DNA of 64,000 bases from positions 192,001 to 256,000 of the forward strand of contig JBNGBT010000004.1 of the NCBI GenBank assembly GCA_049903315.1, read 5' to 3'. Each line of letters starts with the position of its first letter. Position 1 is the stretch's first letter. This document shows positions 38,458-49,528 of this stretch, one piece after another. A program made the translations under genes and the position numbers. Origin of the DNA: Candidatus Cloacimonadota bacterium. Lineage in GTDB: Bacteria; Cloacimonadota; Cloacimonadia; JGIOTU-2. The notes beneath the pieces are model-generated. The model was not told the origin of the DNA and did no database searches. It worked only from the letters and a program-made list of their open reading frames with translations.

Positions 38458-40734
38458 ATGAGAACAAAAATTTTTATATGTTTATTAATTATTGGAATTT
38501 GTTCCTTTGCTTTCGCAGATGAAAGAGGATGCACACACAAAGAAATTCATCCAGATGGTTTTATTTCTGTTGGAAATGCAACTCCATATAACCCACCGGA
38601 AAAAACGGGGCGTGAGCCAACCGCAATTACCAGGGACGGAAATTGGGTTGTGGTTGATTCATTGGAGCTTTCTCATTATGTTAATGCAGGGAGTATGTAC
38701 AGTGTCTATTTCAATAATGATAATGATTCACTCGAGCAGTATCCGATCTATTCCGAATATACCTTATTGAACGAGTCGAAACTGGCGATTGCAAAAGCTC
38801 CCAAGTGGTTGAGAAAAGATCTGTACAATGTGCTGTCCCATGTGAACGAACTGCATCAGCCGGAATGGGCATCTGCGATCAACGATGCGGAGGATCCTTA
38901 TATAGATGAGATTGCCTTTTGTATTGCTCACCTTTCACCAGAATATCTTTCTGCAAATGTCGCAGGGGACCTGTATGGTTCTGCAGAACTTATACAGGAA
39001 AATGCAGAGATGATCTATAACAATGCCCAATATCTGGATTATGTTGAAGTGGTTGATTATGGAAGCTCGACAACAGATGAGAATTACTATTCTACAACAC
39101 GTTACACCAAAGTGAATGCTCGTGGAGACACTGTACATGTAGAAGTTCCAAAGGAAATCTATTACTGGTATATTGTCGATCCAAAAATCACTGATGAGAT
39201 TCCTGCGTATATTGATCCAGATATTGTTGAGGATAATAGCACTCATACTAATAATTTTGCCGATCCGCCAGTTGGAGTTTTCTGGAGGAATTACCTTTTT
39301 AATCATGCAGATGTTGACTACCCAATCTTGAGGGACTCATTGGCAAATTGCGCGGTTGTCTGGGACGGTACACAGAATGTGAATGCTTCGAAAACACATG
39401 CACTTGCGGTCATAACCCGTTGGATTAATGCAACAATGGATTTTACATCGAACTATGAAAGACCCCACCAACCGGTACGCATTTATAAGAAGCATATCGG
39501 CAGATGCGGAGAACATGCGGATATATCTGCAGCAGCAGCGCGTTCCGCACTCATTCCCTGCACAAGCATTTTGGCTATATCGGGCGATCATACATGGAAT
39601 GAATTCTGGGATGATGGCTGGGTGCAATGGGAGCCGGTCAACAACTCTCTTGATAATCCTCTCGTGTATGAAAATGGATGGGGTAAGGTCTTTGGTTCTG
39701 TATTCGAAATTCGAAGTGACGGTTGGCTTAATTCTGTAACAGAGAGATATTCCGAAGGTTCAGCAACCATCACGATCTATGCATTGGACAATCTTGGCAA
39801 TCCGATTGACGGTGCTGAAGTGTTACTTGGCGTACAGTCGGGAACAAGTATTTTAGTGGATAATTATGGCATAACAGATAATGACGGGAAGTATACATTC
39901 ATAGTAGGTGAAGGAAGACATTATCATGCGCGAATCGATACAGATATCGGTAGCTATCCTGTTGCAAGCGGTACTCTGGAAAGTTTGGTGGAAAATTCCG
40001 TGAACGGAGAAGAATATACATTTTCAATGACAGTTTCCGGTACGATGCCTGTTTTGAATCATGTCGAGGTTGATGTGCCGGAGGATACAGTAGATGATTA
40101 TCTCGTTTCTGTCGAATTTACTGTTCCTTCCCAGATTGTTTCCGGTCTGTCACTTATGGACGATTTGGATAACTCGACCCTGTATAAAAAAGAAGCAACA
40201 GGCAGCATCGATTATGTCATGACCGATGATCTCAATTTCATCTGGTTCATGATGAACATACCCTTTGAATGCTTTAATATGTTTTTAGGTGTGGATCAGG
40301 GTCAGGTTGATTTTAATATTCCTGTTGGCTCTGATTGGTATTGCAACTATTCCAATATTTTGCACCTCAATAATCTGCAGGATGTTGAGGGATTTGCACG
40401 CTTATATTCTTATGTGCCAATTTCCGTTGATGAACCTGGTCAAAGTGTAAATTCTGATATTTTGTTGATGAATTCTCCTAACCCCTTCAATGGATCGACC
40501 ACTATATCCTTTGTTGGAACCACGAATTTACACGAATTTACACGAATTGAAATCTATAATATAAAAGGGCAGCAGGTTAGAGAATTGGAGCTTGAATGCT
40601 CCAAATCAGGATCAAGTGCAGTATGGGACGGCAAAGATCATGAGGGGAAAAAAGTGAGTCCGGGCATTTACTTCTTTTCATTATGTCTGAATGGTGTTGA
40701 TAAACAAATCAGGAAAATGTTGTTGATTCAGTAA
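38458..40734 (+). CDS. Secreted transglutaminase-like protein with a FlgD/T9SS-like C-terminal domain
   Basis: Signal peptide; GRCGEH and DHTWNE motifs; NSPNPFN...IYNIKGQ...WDGKD...PGIYF tail. Confidence 0.8.
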   Translation: MRTKIFICLLIIGICSFAFADERGCTHKEIHPDGFISVGNATPYNPPEKTGREPTAITRDGNWVVVDSLELSHYVNAGSMYSVYFNNDNDSLEQYPIYSEYTLLNESKLAIAKAPKWLRKDLYNVLSHVNELHQPEWASAINDAEDPYIDEIAFCIAHLSPEYLSANVAGDLYGSAELIQENAEMIYNNAQYLDYVEVVDYGSSTTDENYYSTTRYTKVNARGDTVHVEVPKEIYYWYIVDPKITDEIPAYIDPDIVEDNSTHTNNFADPPVGVFWRNYLFNHADVDYPILRDSLANCAVVWDGTQNVNASKTHALAVITRWINATMDFTSNYERPHQPVRIYKKHIGRCGEHADISAAAARSALIPCTSILAISGDHTWNEFWDDGWVQWEPVNNSLDNPLVYENGWGKVFGSVFEIRSDGWLNSVTERYSEGSATITIYALDNLGNPIDGAEVLLGVQSGTSILVDNYGITDNDGKYTFIVGEGRHYHARIDTDIGSYPVASGTLESLVENSVNGEEYTFSMTVSGTMPVLNHVEVDVPEDTVDDYLVSVEFTVPSQIVSGLSLMDDLDNSTLYKKEATGSIDYVMTDDLNFIWFMMNIPFECFNMFLGVDQGQVDFNIPVGSDWYCNYSNILHLNNLQDVEGFARLYSYVPISVDEPGQSVNSDILLMNSPNPFNGSTTISFVGTTNLHEFTRIEIYNIKGQQVRELELECSKSGSSAVWDGKDHEGKKVSPGIYFFSLCLNGVDKQIRKMLLIQ

Positions 40735-40988
40735 TGTTTACGGCAGTTTTTCGGTAAAAAATTGGAAATTTTAGTTTATAATACCCATACTGCAAGTTAT
40801 ACGATTACTGATCATAAACGTGAAGAGGGAATACCGGCAGGATTGTTGAGGGATTGAGATAAATTCTTGACAGACTCCATTGAGTATATCGAAACCATAA
40901 TCAAATAATTATGCTGTTAATAGAGATACAATTTGCTATTAATGTACATTCATAAACTGTAATTTATAAATGAAACTGGAGATAGAAA

Positions 40989-42461
40989 ATGAAAAAAAGA
41001 TTTATTGCTTTTAGTGTTGTATTTTTTACTATGTTATTTGTCTTTACAAGCATAAAATTAACACAATGTTATGCACACGACAGCGAAGAAGTAAATCTTC
41101 AGATCATCACAGAGGATTTAGCGCCTTATAATTTTAGATCTGAAGATGGAGAGATCACTGGTCGATCCACAGATGTGGTGAAGGAGATATTATCTCGGCT
41201 TAGTTTGAATATCGAAATTCAACTTATGAATTGGAATAAGGCGTATGCAATGGCTCTTTCTAAGCCGGATGTCATCCTTTATTCAACCTTTCGCACCGAC
41301 GATCGCGAAAATCTATTCCAATGGGTTGGTCCAATTGCATCTGATGAGATATTGTTCTATGCATTAAAGGGATCGGCTCTTGTCATCCGCAGTCTTGAAG
41401 ATGCTAAAGCAGTTTCAGCGATCGGGGTAGTAAAGGATGATGCTCGTCATCAACTGCTTGTGCAGAATAATTTCACGAATTTGAAACTTTATCCAACTGA
41501 TGTGGAGTGTTACAAAGCTCTTGCAAATGGAGAAGTTGATCTCGTATTGGGAATCAATGCAAGTATGGCTATGATGGCAGGTCAGGCGGGTTTGGATCCG
41601 TCTGAATTGACATCGGTTTATTCCGTAAGAAAAACTCCGATCTATATTGCTTTTAATAAAAATATTTCGTCCGATATTGTGGAAGAGTGGCAGAACACAC
41701 TTAATCAAATAAAACGAGACGGGACATTTGATAATATAAATGAACGTTGGGGTGGCGGAACTATACAGGGTTACACGAAATCAGATACAGGCATTGGGAT
41801 AACCTCGATTGCCGCAACACAACTCCTTGCAGGATATGTTGACCTTCGTCTTGGTGAATTTCTTGCTGTGTTGCAAACTTTATCCTATACAGATCAAGTC
41901 CGTTCAGGAAACTGGGAAAAAATGAAACCACTTCTCGTTGAGCGCGAAAACGCAGAGCAAGCTGGACGCATTTGGTACCTGTTACCTGATGGTTCATATT
42001 GTACTACTGTGGATGATCTCACGAGCAAGAATCTAAAAAGCCGTTCATATTTCCCTGGTTTGATCGCAGGAAACTCCGTTCTTGGTTCAGTCGTTGTGAG
42101 TAAATCTACAGGCAAACCAGTAGCCGTTGTAGCTGCTCCGATTATAAAGAATGACAAGGTAGCAGGAGCACTCGGCACTTCGATCTACATGCAGGAAATT
42201 AATGATGAAATCCGAGATACATTCCCGTTACAGTCTAATCAGATGTTTTTTGCAGTCGCAAATGATGGGGTCATTTCTTTACATTCAGATGATGAATGGA
42301 TAGGGCAGCAGATAGGTAATATCAACAGTGATCTGGAGTCAAATTTAGTTAAGGATTCTGGTGAGTGCAATTTTACATTTGACGGAAAGGACTGGCATGC
42401 AGTGTGGACAACTGCACCCAAAACAGGATGGCGCATTGTCATCGCTAGTATAATGAATTAA
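40989..42461 (+). CDS. Family-3 (polar amino acid) solute-binding domain fused to a Cache domain
   Basis: TEDLAPYNF...RTDDRENLFQWVGP; C-half RSYF...VSKSTGKPVAVVAAPI...TGWRIV. Confidence 0.8.
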   Translation: MKKRFIAFSVVFFTMLFVFTSIKLTQCYAHDSEEVNLQIITEDLAPYNFRSEDGEITGRSTDVVKEILSRLSLNIEIQLMNWNKAYAMALSKPDVILYSTFRTDDRENLFQWVGPIASDEILFYALKGSALVIRSLEDAKAVSAIGVVKDDARHQLLVQNNFTNLKLYPTDVECYKALANGEVDLVLGINASMAMMAGQAGLDPSELTSVYSVRKTPIYIAFNKNISSDIVEEWQNTLNQIKRDGTFDNINERWGGGTIQGYTKSDTGIGITSIAATQLLAGYVDLRLGEFLAVLQTLSYTDQVRSGNWEKMKPLLVERENAEQAGRIWYLLPDGSYCTTVDDLTSKNLKSRSYFPGLIAGNSVLGSVVVSKSTGKPVAVVAAPIIKNDKVAGALGTSIYMQEINDEIRDTFPLQSNQMFFAVANDGVISLHSDDEWIGQQIGNINSDLESNLVKDSGECNFTFDGKDWHAVWTTAPKTGWRIVIASIMN

Positions 42462-42536
42462 TTTTATGTGATTTCTTGACAGAAATTGCACTCTAGTTTG
42501 GAAGGTTAATAGTCAATAATCTTCGAGGAGAAAAGA

Positions 42537-43331
42537 ATGAAAAACAGGATGATTGTTTTTGGTGTTGTATTTTTTGCCATAATATTTATATTTACAGGTC
42601 AGAAAATAACAAAATGTTTTGCGCAGGACAATGAAGAAGTAAACTTACAGATCATCACAGAGGATTTCGCTCCCTATAATTTTAGATCTGAAGATGGAGA
42701 GATCACGGGACGTTCTACAGATGTGGTTGAGGAAATATTATCACGACTTAGTTTGAATATCGAAATTCAACTTATGAACTGGAATAAGGCCTATGCAATG
42801 GCTCTCTCGAAGCCGGATGTAATTCTTTATTCAACCTTTCGCACCGATGATCGTGAAAATCTTTTTCAATGGGTTGGTCCAATTGCAACTGATGAAATGT
42901 TGTTCTATGCGCTTCAAGGTTCAGATATTGTGATCGACAGTCTGGAAGATGTAAAGGAAGTTGCAGCGATTGGAGTAGTGAAGGATGATGCCCGTCATCA
43001 ACTGCTTGTACGGAACAATATAATGAATCTGAAACTTTATCCGACCGATATGCAGTGTTACAGGGCTTTGGCAACCGGTGAAGTCGAACTCGTACTTGGA
43101 AGCAATGCGACCATGGCTATGATGGCAGGCCAGGCAGGTGTGGCTGCATCTGAACTGAAACCGGTCTATTCCGTGAAAAAGACTCCACTCTATATTGCTT
43201 TTAGTAAAAATATTTCACCAGATATTGTGGAAGAATGGCAAAGTACACTTAATGAAATGATACAAGATGGAACATTGGATACTATCAATCAAAGTTGGAC
43301 TGTTACAGCCATACAGGATAGCACGCAATAA
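42537..43331 (+). CDS. Family-3 solute-binding protein, paralog of the N-half of the upstream gene
   Basis: Long near-identical stretches with 40989-41750. Confidence 0.87.
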   Translation: MKNRMIVFGVVFFAIIFIFTGQKITKCFAQDNEEVNLQIITEDFAPYNFRSEDGEITGRSTDVVEEILSRLSLNIEIQLMNWNKAYAMALSKPDVILYSTFRTDDRENLFQWVGPIATDEMLFYALQGSDIVIDSLEDVKEVAAIGVVKDDARHQLLVRNNIMNLKLYPTDMQCYRALATGEVELVLGSNATMAMMAGQAGVAASELKPVYSVKKTPLYIAFSKNISPDIVEEWQSTLNEMIQDGTLDTINQSWTVTAIQDSTQ

Positions 43332-43476
43332 GACTCAATCCTCATGCTCCAGCACAAAAACTGAATAGAGATTAGTCATAATGCATTTCATAAAGTAGTT
43401 CCGTATATTTTCTTGACAGAAATATTAAATGAAGGTGTAAATTTTTCTTAATTAAAAAATTCCGCGGAGGAAAAAA

Positions 43477-46400
43477 ATGAAAAAATTAATAATTGTTTGT
43501 ATTTTTCTTGTATGTGGTTTTTCTTATCTCAATGCTCTTATTACTCAATGGACAGGAAATACTGATACTGCATGGAATACCCCTACAAATTGGTCCGATG
43601 GTCTTCCTGATGCGACTCACTCGGTCATCATTCCGTCATCCGTAACAAGTGGAAACTGGCCGACCTATAGTACTGGCTCAAGTACATGCTATGAAGTAGC
43701 AAATTATGGAACATTGAATATTACTGGCGGCCAACTTAACGCAGCCTACGATTTTACAAGTGCAACTGGTTCGAGTACTACTTTAAGCGGACATGGTGGT
43801 CTTGCTTATGGGCAGATCGATGGAGATTTTAATTGTGATGGAACTGTGAATGTAAATGATAATGCCACACTTTCCGGAAAGGATTTCATATCTTCTTCGG
43901 GAAGCACGGTAAATCTTAATGGAGGATATTTCTCGATTGATGGTGATTTTGATGCTGATGGCACTGTAAATATTGACGATGCGGCAGTATATGCTACAAA
44001 TTTCCTGGTTGGAGGAACGGTGAACCAATATGGGGGATCCATCAATGTGATGGAGGATATGAATAATAGCGGTAACTTCAACCAAACTGGCGGCACAACG
44101 AATGTAACTGAAACATTAACAAATTCAGGAGTACTATATAATCATACTGCTCAATGCACTATTGGTATTGCTGTAATAAATGATCCAGATGGCACATGGG
44201 AGAATGATGGGGGAGATCAAACTGTAGAGGATTTTACGAACCAGGGTACTTTTATTCAAACAAGCGGGACCACTGATGTGAATGGAACATTATTAAATGA
44301 CACTGGAGGGTCCTTTGGGATTTCAGCAGGTTATGTCGATATCGGTCATGGTACATTCAATGGTACGTTAAATCAGTCAGGTGGCACATTAAATGTGAAT
44401 AACAATCTTGTGTTCGGTGGTTCAAGTAGTAATACTCAATCTGGTGGAAGTTTCACTGCAGAAAGTGGAGGAACATTTGATCCCAACTCAGTACTCAACA
44501 TTAGCGGTAATGCTAGCTTTCAGTACAAGGGCGACTTTAATTGTAATGGAGTTGTTACTGTTGATGGCGGTACACTATGGGCTGGCGGCAGCAGTGATCC
44601 TAATTTTGTTGGGGGAGCAACCAGCCAGATAGACCTCAATTCCGGTTATTTTTCCATAAATTCTTACGCAACCAGCGGTGTGACAAATGTACAAGGTGGA
44701 GAAGCTTATTGGAGTTCTGCCACAAATAACGGGACATTTAATCTTTCCAGCGGGACCGCAAATACCTACGCTGGATTTACTAATAATGGAACATACAATC
44801 AAACAGGCGGAACAGCATCATTTAATGGAGGTTTTACTCTATCCAGCACGAGTACCAATACACAAAGTGGCGGCACATTGAATATCGGAGGTGATGCCTC
44901 TTTCAGCAGCTCATTTATCAATACTGGATCGAATGGCGAAATTGTATTTAATGGCGGCACCACACAATCTGTAACGAATCCCACCACCTTCCCGAATACA
45001 AATATGATTCCTAATCTGAAAGTGAATAATAATTCAACTGTTGTTTTTGATGAAAAAACCTCTTTTGCCGCAGGGAATGTTGAAGTTAATAGTGGGACGT
45101 TGGATATAGGATCAGGTTTTCTGGAACCAACTAGTCCCGGTATGGGAAACTGGGCTGTAGGTGCAAATAGCGAAATTATCATCGGGGGTAATAATACGTT
45201 ACCAAATTATGGAACAAACAATTTTGATCCCAGCTCCAAAGTTACCTACAATAGCACAACTCACAGTCAGGCAGTCAAAGGTATAACATATCCAATATTG
45301 GAAGTATCAGGCACTACAAAAATGTTGGCTGGAAATACCAATGTAAGCCAGGCATTGCTTCTAAACACTCTTATTGATGTCGGAAATTATAATCTTACTT
45401 TATTAAATGGAGCCACACTTACTCCCGGTTCGAATTCCTATGTTGCCACAACAGGTTCCGGCTATTTAATTAAAAACAATGTCTCTTCAGGAGATTTCCC
45501 GATTGGACCTGATGTATCAAATTATAATGGTTTCAGCTTTGATAATAACGGTGTTGCGTTGACCTCAATCGGTGCACGTGTTGAAACTGGGATTACACCA
45601 ACTCATCCGAATGCAATGTACTGCCTGCAACGCACATGGGATATCATAAAAGAGGGTATATTATATGCTGATTTTGCCTTTTATTGGCTTCAAACTCAGG
45701 AAACACAACCCTTCGAACAAGCAAGAGTTAATAGCAGGATCGTTGGACATTTATGTCATACACCTCCAAGCTGGCAGGTTATCAGCACTCCTTCAGGCGC
45801 AACCGGTACAGGAATGCTGGGTGACCCCTATAAAGTTGATTTCGGCGATATAGCAATTGTTTCAGGTTTCTGTCTTGGTGATGGTGACCATACACTCCCC
45901 GTACAACTTTCGTCTTTCAATGCAGTGTATTCAAATGAGAGTGGGCTTGAATTCGTGCAGGTCAACTGGGCAACTTCAACTGAAACTGACGTGCTTGGGT
46001 ATAATGTATATCAATCCACAACTGATGAATTTGATGATGCAATGAAAATTAATGCGGGACTTATTCCCGGTCAAGGAACCACAACAGTTGGGCATTCATA
46101 TTCTTATGATGATCTTGATGCAGACATTGATCTCAGGAATTATTATTGGATCGAGCAGATGGACTACAGTGGATTGAGTGAGTTATTTGGACCAGCTGTG
46201 TACATACCGGAAAGCGGCGGAGAACCTGGTCCCGATGATTTTACAGAAACACTAGTCTTACAACACTATCCAAATCCTGTTGAAAATAATATGAAAATCG
46301 AGTACCAGATAAAGGGTAGCGCAGACCAGCAGGATGTAGTGATTTACATTTATAATATGAAAGGTGAATATATCGATACTGTTTTCGGACAAAATGGTTC

Positions 46401-46500
46401 TGCCGAAATAGACCTTTCACGTTATGCGACAGGTGTGTATTTTTACAGATTGCAAGATACTTCTTTTGGAGAGACCTATAAATTTGTGGTAATCAGATAG
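43477..46500 (+). CDS. Large secreted G/N/T/S-rich beta-solenoid-like protein with a T9SS-like C-terminal sorting domain
   Basis: Signal peptide; W..PTNWS; repeated N.GT.NQ.GGT; LPVQLSSF; YPNP...GVYFY tail. Confidence 0.8.
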   Translation: MKKLIIVCIFLVCGFSYLNALITQWTGNTDTAWNTPTNWSDGLPDATHSVIIPSSVTSGNWPTYSTGSSTCYEVANYGTLNITGGQLNAAYDFTSATGSSTTLSGHGGLAYGQIDGDFNCDGTVNVNDNATLSGKDFISSSGSTVNLNGGYFSIDGDFDADGTVNIDDAAVYATNFLVGGTVNQYGGSINVMEDMNNSGNFNQTGGTTNVTETLTNSGVLYNHTAQCTIGIAVINDPDGTWENDGGDQTVEDFTNQGTFIQTSGTTDVNGTLLNDTGGSFGISAGYVDIGHGTFNGTLNQSGGTLNVNNNLVFGGSSSNTQSGGSFTAESGGTFDPNSVLNISGNASFQYKGDFNCNGVVTVDGGTLWAGGSSDPNFVGGATSQIDLNSGYFSINSYATSGVTNVQGGEAYWSSATNNGTFNLSSGTANTYAGFTNNGTYNQTGGTASFNGGFTLSSTSTNTQSGGTLNIGGDASFSSSFINTGSNGEIVFNGGTTQSVTNPTTFPNTNMIPNLKVNNNSTVVFDEKTSFAAGNVEVNSGTLDIGSGFLEPTSPGMGNWAVGANSEIIIGGNNTLPNYGTNNFDPSSKVTYNSTTHSQAVKGITYPILEVSGTTKMLAGNTNVSQALLLNTLIDVGNYNLTLLNGATLTPGSNSYVATTGSGYLIKNNVSSGDFPIGPDVSNYNGFSFDNNGVALTSIGARVETGITPTHPNAMYCLQRTWDIIKEGILYADFAFYWLQTQETQPFEQARVNSRIVGHLCHTPPSWQVISTPSGATGTGMLGDPYKVDFGDIAIVSGFCLGDGDHTLPVQLSSFNAVYSNESGLEFVQVNWATSTETDVLGYNVYQSTTDEFDDAMKINAGLIPGQGTTTVGHSYSYDDLDADIDLRNYYWIEQMDYSGLSELFGPAVYIPESGGEPGPDDFTETLVLQHYPNPVENNMKIEYQIKGSADQQDVVIYIYNMKGEYIDTVFGQNGSAEIDLSRYATGVYFYRLQDTSFGETYKFVVIR

Positions 46501-46522
46501 TATTTTCGTAATTCGTATAAAC

Positions 46523-46546
46523 AAAGCCCGGAGAAATTCGGGCTTT
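46523..46546. terminator. Bidirectional terminator-like hairpin between convergent genes
   Basis: AAAGCCCG-gagaaatt-CGGGCTTT. Confidence 0.75.
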
Positions 46547-46583
46547 CTTCATTGTTAATGTTATTTCTTAATTGATTATTAAA

Positions 46584-48272
46584 TTATTGTTCAAATTTCA
46601 AATCTTCCAAAACACTGCGTAATTTATTTAAAGAATCAATTACTGATTTAAGAGTTTTATTGGCATCTTGTATTAAAGAACCATCTGGTACTTTCCAGTT
46701 ACCGTGAGTTTTTCCTTGCCCTCTCTTTTTTTGTAAGTCTTGAAGCACTCCGTGTATATCAGCAATAAGAGATTTATTATTAGATTTTTCTAATATAAAC
46801 TTAATTAATCCTAATTGTCTTAAATCCTTATCTAGTTCTCCATATTTATTAGCTATTGTTTTTAAGGTTTTTTGTTGCAAACCTTCAATAGTAGTATTGG
46901 ATAAAGCAATAATAAAATCTTGCCACTGATTTGAATTTTCAGTTTTCATATAATGTAATTGCTTAGTTGCAGTTTCCCATGATCCACCTTTTGGCAACCA
47001 GATTTTATATATGTTATCTCCAATTTTGCATTTACTTAGATTGTCTAATCTTTTTCTTAATGTTTCAAATGGGGATTCTGTGTCAGGAAATTCACCCTTA
47101 AAATCTGTTTTAATAGCTCTTTTAGAAATGGGACCCCTCGGATTTTCATTATACTGTTGCCAATGTAATTGTTCTTCATAGGGTAAACGACTAAGGTATA
47201 TAGCGTAAGTATGAACTTGATTAAATTCATTCATATCATAGGTTTTAAGATACCAACCTCCACGACAGGATATTGTTCTTTCTTTTAATTCATATTTGTC
47301 CGGATTGTTTTTATATTTATCTAAGACTTCAGCTTTAAAAAAAATTGGACTTATTTCATAAGGGAGTTTACTCTCAGTAAAATAGTTAACGAAATTTTTG
47401 GGATTCAAAGAATAATCTTCTATAATTTTTTTATTTTTCAAATCATGTACAATAAATTTCCCATATTTTCTTTTTTTTACATTGTTATCGGAAAATATTG
47501 TATTATAATCAGTTTTTGGCGATGATATTTGTGCCCCTCTATACATGATATATTGTTTTTTATATGAAGCAATTTCGCATTTAAGGTGGTGTTTCTTAGA
47601 TTCATAATCACTGTATTGTAATTGATTAGGTGTTGGAAAATCATTTTTTCTTTTATCAATTTCAAAATATCGTATTAGTATCCAATTTCCCAGATAGAGG
47701 AGTGTGTCAATAATATCTCTTTTCATTAATATTAATTTAACATCTGTATTATTAATTAGCTTTATTTTTTCAACCTCTTCACCAAGTGAATTTAAAACAC
47801 AATATGCATTCTTATTTGGGGACCAATGTAAATCTATAGGATGTGTTACAAGTTGATTAAACTCATAATAATGTTCTTTACCTTTGGGATAACCATAATA
47901 ATCTCTATGAAAGAAAAGAGGAATTTCAGCTTTTTGAAAATTATCAAACTCATCCCAGTATGTTTCGAGCCAATTGTTCTTACCGTTTGATACCTGACCA
48001 TAGGCAACACACGATTGAATAAAATCGAAATGTGGTAATTGTTGTTCTATTTTTTCTATTTGATTCTTAGGATAAAAAGTTGGATATATCCAACAACTTC
48101 TAAAATCAGAATATAAAGAGCAGTAAGTTATAATCCATTGATCAAAATCAGAAAAAAGTTCCAACCAATCTTTGGAGAATATAGCATTCTCATCTGCAAT
48201 TTCAATGTGAGAATTCATGGTATTAGAAATTTTTGTTAAAATGTTTTGATATATTAATTCGAGCTTTTCCAT
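46584..48272 (-). CDS. AT-rich hypothetical protein with a possible C-terminal HEPN-like domain
   Basis: 562-aa ORF with AGGAG RBS; R-x5-H (RGQGKTH) in a helical C-terminus. Confidence 0.7.
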   Translation of the reverse strand: MEKLELIYQNILTKISNTMNSHIEIADENAIFSKDWLELFSDFDQWIITYCSLYSDFRSCWIYPTFYPKNQIEKIEQQLPHFDFIQSCVAYGQVSNGKNNWLETYWDEFDNFQKAEIPLFFHRDYYGYPKGKEHYYEFNQLVTHPIDLHWSPNKNAYCVLNSLGEEVEKIKLINNTDVKLILMKRDIIDTLLYLGNWILIRYFEIDKRKNDFPTPNQLQYSDYESKKHHLKCEIASYKKQYIMYRGAQISSPKTDYNTIFSDNNVKKRKYGKFIVHDLKNKKIIEDYSLNPKNFVNYFTESKLPYEISPIFFKAEVLDKYKNNPDKYELKERTISCRGGWYLKTYDMNEFNQVHTYAIYLSRLPYEEQLHWQQYNENPRGPISKRAIKTDFKGEFPDTESPFETLRKRLDNLSKCKIGDNIYKIWLPKGGSWETATKQLHYMKTENSNQWQDFIIALSNTTIEGLQQKTLKTIANKYGELDKDLRQLGLIKFILEKSNNKSLIADIHGVLQDLQKKRGQGKTHGNWKVPDGSLIQDANKTLKSVIDSLNKLRSVLEDLKFEQ

Positions 48273-48704
48273 ACATTAAACTCCTTTTAAATAACTTTGG
48301 TTTTTACTATATTTTAATCATGTTTATGTCAACTTTTCATATTTATTCCTAAGTTTTCCTTCAATCCGAGCCGTCATGGACCATTCCATGACAGCATGTT
48401 AATAACAAAAATCGAACAACAATTTATGATTTAGGAATTATAATTCTCAATCATTCCCAATCTCCTGTTTATCGGGGCAGAATGGAATGGAAACTGGTTT
48501 GGGGATGCAATTGATGACGTTTGAAAACGAGAGACATTAATCTGAGAAAGCTTAACAATCTCCGGTTATAACCAAAAATTGTTTAAACAATTTTGGATTA
48601 GGTTGGAAAAATCAAACGAATTATTCTTCATTTGAAGGATCTATTTCTAAATGACATATTCCCAAAAACTTGACATCCAAACTAATTCAAACGGTTTCAA
48701 ATAT

Positions 48705-49523
48705 ATGAATAATCCTATCGGTATTTTTGATTCCGGCGTTGGAGGACTCACTGTTTTCCACGAAATAAAAAAGGCGATGCCGCACAAAGATATTGTGTAT
48801 TTTGGCGACACTGCGCGTGTGCCGTACGGCTCGAAATCGCAGAGAACGATTATCCAATATTCCCTGCAGAATATGATCTTCCTTCTTCAGCAAAAGATCG
48901 AACTTCTCGTGGTTGCGTGTAATACGTCATCTGCCTATGCTTTGGAGGAGTTAAGAAAACGAAGCGATATTCCGATCATTGGTGTGATCGAGCCGGGTGC
49001 AAAAAAAGCATTGCAGGTTACCAAAAACAAACGAATCGGCGTGATTGGTACAGAAGGTACAATTAAAAGCGGATCTTATGAAAAGGCATTGAGGTCATTG
49101 GATGAAACATGCACAGTATTCAGCAAACCAACTCCATTGCTCGTACCACTCGTAGAGGAGAACTGGATAACGCACAAAGTTACGAAAGAGATTGTTCAAG
49201 AATACCTGCAGGAATTTTTGGAAAAAGACATCGATACAATCATTATGGGATGCACGCATTATCCTGTGCTGAAGCATGTGATCCAGGAAGTGGTCGCAGA
49301 GAGCATTACTCTTGTTGATTCTGCCGAGTCGATTGCTCTTGAATTGAAAAAGATGTACTCATCCAATCCCGTACAAAAAAAATCAGGCAATTATTTGTTT
49401 TATGTCAGTGATAACCCGGAAAAGTTCAAAAAGATCGGTTGGCAGATTCTGGGTGAAGAACTTAGACAAGTGAAAAAAGTCTTTTTTTCTGATGCCTGGG
49501 TTATGGATAATTACGAGCGTTAA
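48705..49523 (+). CDS. murI: Glutamate racemase
   Basis: FDSGVGGLTV, DTARVPYG, VACNTSS and MGCTHYP motifs. Confidence 0.96.
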   Translation: MNNPIGIFDSGVGGLTVFHEIKKAMPHKDIVYFGDTARVPYGSKSQRTIIQYSLQNMIFLLQQKIELLVVACNTSSAYALEELRKRSDIPIIGVIEPGAKKALQVTKNKRIGVIGTEGTIKSGSYEKALRSLDETCTVFSKPTPLLVPLVEENWITHKVTKEIVQEYLQEFLEKDIDTIIMGCTHYPVLKHVIQEVVAESITLVDSAESIALELKKMYSSNPVQKKSGNYLFYVSDNPEKFKKIGWQILGEELRQVKKVFFSDAWVMDNYER

Positions 49524-49528
49524 AAATT

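Noticed and set aside
43783..45182. DNA tandem repeats or a diversity-generating element in the large secreted gene
   Set aside because: Repetition is only at the degenerate protein level; no reverse transcriptase or template repeat was seen.
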